Position numbers and translations under genes: made by a program. The notes under the pieces were generated by a model, which was given only the letters and a program-made list of their open reading frames with translations, did no database searches and was not told the origin of the DNA. Shown piece by piece: positions 34,930-40,008 of a stretch of DNA of 40,008 nucleotides; positions within the stretch are counted from its first letter, which is position 1; each line of letters opens with the position of its first letter. Source of the DNA: a virus (Duplodnaviria; Caudoviricetes); the IMG/VR virus record IMGVR_UViG_3300044981_000018, positions 1-40,008 of that record; one strand, 5' to 3'.

Positions 34930-35613
34930 TTGAGCTTTCAGGCTATGACATGGGCCGTAGAGTTTGAGCTGCCGGTTCACCAGAAGATGGTTTTGATGAT
35001 GCTGGCTAACAGGACGAACAGCGATACAGGGCGATGTGATCCGTCGCATGAAAGACTGGCTAAGGACTGCGGTATGAGCAAGGAGTCGGTCAAGAGGGCG
35101 ATCTCTCAGCTAGCCGTCGATGGAATAGTTTCCATCGTTCATAGAACTGAATCCGGAGTCTGTCTTCCTAACCAGTATGTGTTGAATATCAGGGGGGTGG
35201 GGTCTGACAGACCTGACGGTGGGGTCACACAGACCCTAGGGGTGGGGTCTGACAGACCTACAAATCAGGAAGATAAACCTCTAAAAGAAACAAAAGAAGT
35301 AGCACGCGGTACCCGCTTGCCATCTGACTGGATTCCAGGGATTGGAGAAGTGTCCTTCTGCAGATCAAGGAGGCCCGATCTAAAGGTCGAGGAAGTAGCT
35401 GAAAGTTTTCGGGATTACTGGATAGCTCAGCCTGGACAGAAAGGAGTGAAAAAGGATTGGGCGGCTACGTGGCGGACTTGGGTGAGAAACCAAAGAATTA
35501 CGGGTGGCTCGCAAAGCATGAACTGGCGCGAACGGGACGAGGCATTTATCGCGCAAATTACGGGGAGGGATCAAAGTGGCCAACGAGATGACGGACTCTT
35601 CATCGATGTATGA
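34930..35613 (+). CDS. Replication initiator (O-like, N-terminal wHTH)
   Basis: MSFQAMTWA...KMVLMMLAN...CDPSHERLAKDCGMS; FRDYW...DWAATWRTW; internal iterons. Confidence 0.85.
   Translation: MSFQAMTWAVEFELPVHQKMVLMMLANRTNSDTGRCDPSHERLAKDCGMSKESVKRAISQLAVDGIVSIVHRTESGVCLPNQYVLNIRGVGSDRPDGGVTQTLGVGSDRPTNQEDKPLKETKEVARGTRLPSDWIPGIGEVSFCRSRRPDLKVEEVAESFRDYWIAQPGQKGVKKDWAATWRTWVRNQRITGGSQSMNWRERDEAFIAQITGRDQSGQRDDGLFIDV
35196..35300. repeat. Replication origin: three 18-bp iterons followed by an A-rich tract
   Basis: GGTGGGGTCTGACAGACC at 35196 and 35241, variant at 35218; core palindrome GGTCTG-A-CAGACC. Confidence 0.8.
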
Positions 35614-36226
35614 ACGGCCGTCGAAGCCAGAGTGGCCGCTGAACGCATTGCCGAAGCATTGGATCGACGCGCTATTCGCCAAGATGGTTGCCTTCTATGG
35701 TGACAAATTCACAATGATGTGGCGCGGTGCCAAGGTCGAGGAAGTGCAGAAAGCTTGGGCTATCGAACTGTTCAAGCTAACGCGCGAACAACTCAAGGCG
35801 GGCAGCGACGCGCTGACGGCATTCCCGAAGCCGCCGACGCTGCCTGAGTTCGTGAATCACTGCAAACAACGCCGTGCAGAGCAGGCGGCTAGCGCTGCAG
35901 CGAAGATTGAGAATTTGCCGAAGGCCACGCCGGAGCAGGTTGAGTCGAATCTCAACTCAATCAGGACTGCGTCTGCTTCGGTGCGCAACCGGGTTCCGAC
36001 TGCCGAATGGGCTTTTAAGTTGATGCTGCGCGGTAGTTCGCCGGGTGGCTATTCGATTCCGTTTGGCCCCGCGAGGTGCGCGACGGATGCGATCACGTCG
36101 AAGGCTGGACAGCGCGTCGTTGATACGTGCGCCGATCCGGTGTTGAAAGCGCAATACGCAGAGCTTCGCCAGACGACCATCGATAGCTATCGCATGCGTG
36201 AAATGAAGCTTTGGGAAACACCTTAA
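35576..36226 (+). CDS. Replication protein P-like (helicase loader position)
   Basis: LFAKMVAFYGDKF...PPTLPEF; follows O-like gene; start uncertain. Confidence 0.7.
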   Translation: MANEMTDSSSMYERPSKPEWPLNALPKHWIDALFAKMVAFYGDKFTMMWRGAKVEEVQKAWAIELFKLTREQLKAGSDALTAFPKPPTLPEFVNHCKQRRAEQAASAAAKIENLPKATPEQVESNLNSIRTASASVRNRVPTAEWAFKLMLRGSSPGGYSIPFGPARCATDAITSKAGQRVVDTCADPVLKAQYAELRQTTIDSYRMREMKLWETP

Positions 36227-36250
36227 CCCCTACGCACAGGGAGACTAACC

Positions 36251-36751
36251 ATGACCAGTAAATTCTGGACAACATCCGAACTCGCGATTCTGCGGGAAAT
36301 CGCCGCAAGTCCGCTTTCGACTTCCGCGCAGCTTAATCGCCTTCCGGGGCGCACCATGGATAGCATCCGACGGGCCATAGCGCGTCACGGGCTGAAAAAA
36401 GCTACGTGGACCCAAGCGCTTGCGGAAGAGGCCGTCCTGGGGCTTCTAAAGAAGCGAGATCTTTTCGTTGGGGAGATTGCCGCTCGACTCAGCCTATCCC
36501 GGCAGTGGGTTGGAAGGATCGTCAGAAGTCTTCGCAAGCGAGGGCGGGTGCACCTTGCCGCACGAGTGCTAACGGCAACGCACAATCGTACGTTGCTTTG
36601 GCGCTATGGTCCGGGAGTGGATGCGCCGCCGGTATCGCGCCGGGAAAACAAGCTATCGGTAGCGCCGAAACCGCAACCAGAGCCAACGGTCGTTCAGGCG
36701 CGGCGCGATGAGTTCACATCATTTTTCTTTGGAAGCATGGAGGCAGCATGA
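36251..36751 (+). CDS. HTH-containing DNA-binding protein
   Basis: WTTSELAILRE; VGEIAARLSLSRQWVGRIVRSL. Confidence 0.7.
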   Translation: MTSKFWTTSELAILREIAASPLSTSAQLNRLPGRTMDSIRRAIARHGLKKATWTQALAEEAVLGLLKKRDLFVGEIAARLSLSRQWVGRIVRSLRKRGRVHLAARVLTATHNRTLLWRYGPGVDAPPVSRRENKLSVAPKPQPEPTVVQARRDEFTSFFFGSMEAA

Positions 36752-37047
36752 ATTGCAAAATCGGAGATCTGGCGGTGGTAATCGGGAAAGGTCCAATCGC
36801 GGGGCGAATAGTCGAAGTGTTTAAAGCGTGTCCACAAAACGTGGTGTTTTGTCTGCCTGACGGATATCCACATGAGCCAGTCGATTACGAATGGATTGTG
36901 CGGTTGCAAAATCCGGCTGAGGTAAACACGACAGGCGGAATGACGCGTAGAACAGTTTGGGCGCCAGCGCCGGACCGGAAGCTTCGGCCTGTATCTGGAA
37001 TTCCGATGGAGGATGAAGTAACCGAAGACCTGAAGGAGCCAGCATGA
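36748..37047 (+). CDS. Hypothetical protein (MNCKIGDLAVV type)
   Basis: ATGA coupling; PDRKLRPV motif. Confidence 0.7.
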   Translation: MNCKIGDLAVVIGKGPIAGRIVEVFKACPQNVVFCLPDGYPHEPVDYEWIVRLQNPAEVNTTGGMTRRTVWAPAPDRKLRPVSGIPMEDEVTEDLKEPA

Positions 37048-37211
37048 CCGCCATAATAGGATTCACCCGTCGCGAGCTGATAGAGCTCATGCTCGACAAC
37101 GACATTCACTGCGCCGTTGACAGATTCGAAAATTTGGCTTGCGCAATTCAGCAAAAGGTAATCGACGCAGCGGGCGCGGCGGTGAAGATTGAAGTGATCG
37201 GAGAGGAATGA
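37044..37211 (+). CDS. Small hypothetical protein (55 aa)
   Basis: Read manually; AAGGAG RBS; ATGA coupling at both ends. Confidence 0.6.
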   Translation: MTAIIGFTRRELIELMLDNDIHCAVDRFENLACAIQQKVIDAAGAAVKIEVIGEE

Positions 37212-37432
37212 TGGAAAAGACAGGTTGGTTCCCAGCCACAATGAAGCCGATTAGAGAGGGCGCCTACGAAACGCGTTTATTTGTTGGTGAGACGCTGACT
37301 TTCCAGTACTGGAATGGAGAATTCTGGTCATGGAGCGAAGAATCTGCAAGGAAAGCCGCCGAAGTGGTTGATTATTTTGAGGCAGGACATTTTCAAGAGG
37401 TTGAATGGCGAGGCATGAGGGAGCCATCATGA
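37208..37432 (+). CDS. Hypothetical protein
   Basis: TGWFPATMKPIREGAYE...WRGM. Confidence 0.65.
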   Translation: MMEKTGWFPATMKPIREGAYETRLFVGETLTFQYWNGEFWSWSEESARKAAEVVDYFEAGHFQEVEWRGMREPS

Positions 37433-37659
37433 GCGATCTGCCACTCACGGAATGGATTAGTTGCATGGTTAAGCCATGCAGGATCGGCTGGTACGATATT
37501 GAAAGAAGGCTAAATAATGGATTGACTATCATCTCTTGTGAGAGGGCATATTTCTCAGGTGATTGGTGGATTCCCGATAAGACAGGTTCTGGAATGGCGA
37601 TATGGGTATCCACTGATTTCTGGCGCGGCGTAGCGATTGATCCGGAGACGCTGAAATGA
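37429..37659 (+). CDS. Hypothetical protein, paralogue-like of previous gene
   Basis: TEWISCMVKPCRIGWYD...WRGV. Confidence 0.6.
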   Translation: MSDLPLTEWISCMVKPCRIGWYDIERRLNNGLTIISCERAYFSGDWWIPDKTGSGMAIWVSTDFWRGVAIDPETLK

Positions 37660-37856
37660 CTTGCTATACACCACCAGAAGCACCGCTGCCCGGCGAATAC
37701 ATTCAAAGCACCATGACTGAGCCTGAGGCCAATGTGCTGTCAGCAAGGCGCGAAAGTGACGGTAGTTGGACAGTTCTACTCACTTCGAAGAATGGTGTCG
37801 TGAACAGACTTCGGCTCCCGTCTGAATGCGAGAGCCGTGGAGGGTGTAAGAAATGA
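37656..37856 (+). CDS. Hypothetical protein
   Basis: ATGA coupling. Confidence 0.5.
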   Translation: MTCYTPPEAPLPGEYIQSTMTEPEANVLSARRESDGSWTVLLTSKNGVVNRLRLPSECESRGGCKK

Positions 37857-38041
37857 ACTACCACCAATTTCGCGTTTTTAACCTTGCGACGTTGACAGTC
37901 CACCCGAAGGGTTTCTGGTTCAAAATATTCCAACATGGCCTGTCTTTCGACTGGGACTTTCCGGTATTAGGTTCTGAACGCAACGGATACCGCAAGGTGC
38001 ATCGGTTCGGCCGGCTGGCGGTGCAGGTGCTGAAATCGTGA
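37853..38041 (+). CDS. Hypothetical protein
   Basis: Coupled at both ends. Confidence 0.5.
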   Translation: MNYHQFRVFNLATLTVHPKGFWFKIFQHGLSFDWDFPVLGSERNGYRKVHRFGRLAVQVLKS

Positions 38042-38793
38042 GCGCTTACTATAACGAAATCGATCCGTATGCCGCTCAGTGGCTACGCAAACTGATAGCA
38101 GCCGGTCACATTGCACCCGGCGATGTGGACGAAAGGAGCATTGAAGATGTTCGACCAGACGACCTTCGCGGATACACTCAATGTCACTTCTTTGCCGGAA
38201 TTGGAGCCTGGTCTTTCGCTCTCAGAATGGCCGGTTGGGAAGACGCGCGACCTGTTTGGACTGGATCATGCCCCTGTCAGCCATTCAGCATTGCGGCCGT
38301 CGCATGGGAAAGAAAAGGATTCGACGACCCTCGCCACCTCTCGCCCGCTTGGCTTGGTCTCATTCGCGAGTGCAGGCCTAACATCGTGTTTGGCGAACAA
38401 GTTGCGAGCAAAGATGGAATCTCTTGGCTCGACGACATTTTCGATAACCTGGAAGGAGAGCAATACGCCTGCGGGGCGGCAGTTATTACGGCAGCAGGCG
38501 CGGGCGCTGATCACATCAGGACGCGAACGTACTTCGTTGCCGACTCCCTGCGCGAGGGACGGTCGGGATATCAGTCGATCGAATGCATTCCTGAGTCAAC
38601 GCGAGCGCCATTCGCCCAGCTTGGCGACGCGCCTTCTAGAATCCGGGGTGCCTTGGCAGGCGATTACGCCGATTTATTGCCTAGCTATGAATCTCCCATT
38701 GGAGTGGGAAGAAGCCGCGCCAAAGGATACGGCAACGCAATTAACGCGAAAACGGCTCAAGTCTGGATCGAAACCGTGATGGAGTGCATCTGA
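38038..38793 (+). CDS. DNA cytosine-C5 methyltransferase (alpha chain)
   Basis: FFAGIG (I), GSCPCQPFS (IV), GEQV (VI), HIRTRTYF (VIII), GYGNAI (X); motif IX not apparent. Confidence 0.88.
   Translation: MSAYYNEIDPYAAQWLRKLIAAGHIAPGDVDERSIEDVRPDDLRGYTQCHFFAGIGAWSFALRMAGWEDARPVWTGSCPCQPFSIAAVAWERKGFDDPRHLSPAWLGLIRECRPNIVFGEQVASKDGISWLDDIFDNLEGEQYACGAAVITAAGAGADHIRTRTYFVADSLREGRSGYQSIECIPESTRAPFAQLGDAPSRIRGALAGDYADLLPSYESPIGVGRSRAKGYGNAINAKTAQVWIETVMECI
38147..38779 (+). CDS. Nested +1-frame ORF, putative MTase beta chain (210 aa)
   Basis: AAGGAG (38133-38138) 8 nt before ATG; LPTPCARDGR; C-terminal ITPIYCLAMNLPLEW resembling motif IX. Confidence 0.7.
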   Translation: MFDQTTFADTLNVTSLPELEPGLSLSEWPVGKTRDLFGLDHAPVSHSALRPSHGKEKDSTTLATSRPLGLVSFASAGLTSCLANKLRAKMESLGSTTFSITWKESNTPAGRQLLRQQARALITSGRERTSLPTPCARDGRDISRSNAFLSQRERHSPSLATRLLESGVPWQAITPIYCLAMNLPLEWEEAAPKDTATQLTRKRLKSGSKP

Positions 38794-39356
38794 TGCGGGC
38801 AGTCATTAAGCCAAAGAAATGCCGCAGCTGCTACGAGCATTTCACGCCGCTCCGGGCGATGCAGGCCGTCTGTAGCCCTGCGTGCGCTGCCCTGCTAGTC
38901 CTAAAGGCCAAAGCAAAGCGAGAATCCAAGGCAAAGGCAGAAGACCGCAAGGTAACGCGCGAGGCGAGAGAGAAGGCGAAGACGCGCGGGGATCACCTGC
39001 GAGAGCTTCAGACGGTGTTCAACCAGTGGATAAGGCTTCGGGATGCGGAGAAGCAGTGCATATCTTGCGGCCGGTGGGCATCATGGAAGGGGCAGTGGGA
39101 CGCGGGGCATTACCAGTCGCGGGGATCTGAGCCTGCGCTGAGATTCGAGCCTGACAACGTGCATAAGCAATGCGGGCCATGTAACGTACATCTGTCCGGG
39201 AACCTGATCAAATACCGGGCGAAACTCATCAAAAAGATCGGGATCGAGCGCGTCGAGTGGATCGAAGGCAGTCACGAGCCGAAGAAATACACGCTCGCGG
39301 AGATCAAAGAAATGAAAGCTTTCTACCGCGCGGAAGTTCGCCGGTTGAAAAAGTGA
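38793..39356 (+). CDS. ninG: NinG/Rap recombination endonuclease
   Basis: CRSC, VCSPACA, FNQWIRLRD...CISCG...WDAGHY...NVHKQCGPCN...SGN. Confidence 0.92.
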   Translation: MRAVIKPKKCRSCYEHFTPLRAMQAVCSPACAALLVLKAKAKRESKAKAEDRKVTREAREKAKTRGDHLRELQTVFNQWIRLRDAEKQCISCGRWASWKGQWDAGHYQSRGSEPALRFEPDNVHKQCGPCNVHLSGNLIKYRAKLIKKIGIERVEWIEGSHEPKKYTLAEIKEMKAFYRAEVRRLKK

Positions 39357-39479
39357 TGCTATAATCACAACAACGCGCTTGGCAGCGCTATACAAAGAGG
39401 TGCATCCCACATGAAGACTGCCGGTGCCTCTGCCGGTCTGCCAACACCCGCAAGGGTGAGTCTTCAGGTGGGATGTTTT
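39357..39479 (+). promoter_or_regulatory. Extended -10 promoter and structured leader RNA ending in a terminator-like stem
   Basis: TGCTATAAT (39357-39365); CATCCCAC-A-TGAAGACT pairs with AGTCTTCA-G-GTGGGATG, followed by TTTT; internal CACCC-GCAA-GGGTG. Confidence 0.7.
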
Positions 39480-39494
39480 CATTGAGGATTGAAA

Positions 39495-39854
39495 ATGAAC
39501 ATCGATAATTTGACATTTGGCGAGTTGAAGCAGATCGCGGCCATGTTCGGCGCGAAGACGGCGGAAGCCGTTTTGCACCCATTTGTTGGAAAATTTGTCA
39601 TATGCCGCTGCTACTCGGCTGGCGTACACGCTGGTGAGCTGGTGAGCCAAAACGGCGACCAGGCGGTATTGAAAAACTCGCGGCGCCTGTGGTCATGGAA
39701 AAACAAAGGCGGCGTGGCGCTTTCAGGGTTGGCGATTAATGGGCTGGAAAGCGGGAAGGTTGACACGCTTGTGCCTGAGATTGCATTGACCGGTGTCATT
39801 GAAACGATTCCGTGCAGTCTCGCAGCCGAGGAGTCGATCAATGGAAGCAAATAA
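39495..39854 (+). CDS. Conserved phage protein (DUF6948-like, from memory)
   Basis: GKFVICRCYSAGVHAGEL...LKNSRRLWSW...LSGLAING; GAGG RBS. Confidence 0.7.
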   Translation: MNIDNLTFGELKQIAAMFGAKTAEAVLHPFVGKFVICRCYSAGVHAGELVSQNGDQAVLKNSRRLWSWKNKGGVALSGLAINGLESGKVDTLVPEIALTGVIETIPCSLAAEESINGSK

Positions 39855-40008
39855 TATCGGCTCCGGCGACGGCTACGGCTACGGCTCCGGCTCCGGCTAC
39901 GGCTCCGGCTCCGGCTCCGGCTACGGCGACGGCTACGGCTACGGCTCCGGCTCCGGCTCCGGCTACGGCTCCGGCTCCGGCTCCGGCTACGGCGACGGCT
40001 ACGGCTAC
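39841..40008 (+). CDS. Gly-X repeat protein, 5' part (continues at 1..181)
   Basis: GAGGAG RBS; MEANNIGSGDGYGYGSGS... Confidence 0.65.
   Translation, partial: MEANNIGSGDGYGYGSGSGYGSGSGSGYGDGYGYGSGSGSGYGSGSGSGYGDGYGY

Overview
This window looks like an essentially complete, circularly permuted ~39.9 kb genome of a P22-like short-tailed phage. The first 73 nt equal the last 73 nt, inside a Gly-X tandem repeat. The host is probably a GC-rich proteobacterium (inference only). Layout: small late genes with a GroES-like gene (1272-3789); terS, terL, P22-type portal, scaffold and coat (3786-11594); virion, ejection and tailspike genes (to 27058); a lysis region ending in a class-3 lipase (27083-29235); a leftward early operon with ERF and gp157-like genes (29232-34148); a repressor/cro switch with TTG-N9-CAA operators; an O/P-like replication module with iterons; a C5 DNA methyltransferase; ninG. 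I see no integrase or Q/N antiterminator gene. The most striking feature is a 305-aa intein in the terL Walker A motif that has no recognisable endonuclease in its own frame. Instead, a complete HTH-HNH endonuclease gene with its own RBS lies on the opposite strand inside the intein, while the terL frame stays open. Other notable items: a two-frame (alpha/beta) C5 methyltransferase, a 101-nt tRNA-like RNA lacking an anticodon arm, a structured attenuator-like leader upstream of the late region, and a cupin-SET domain fusion among the virion genes. All family calls come from motif recognition by eye, not database searches.
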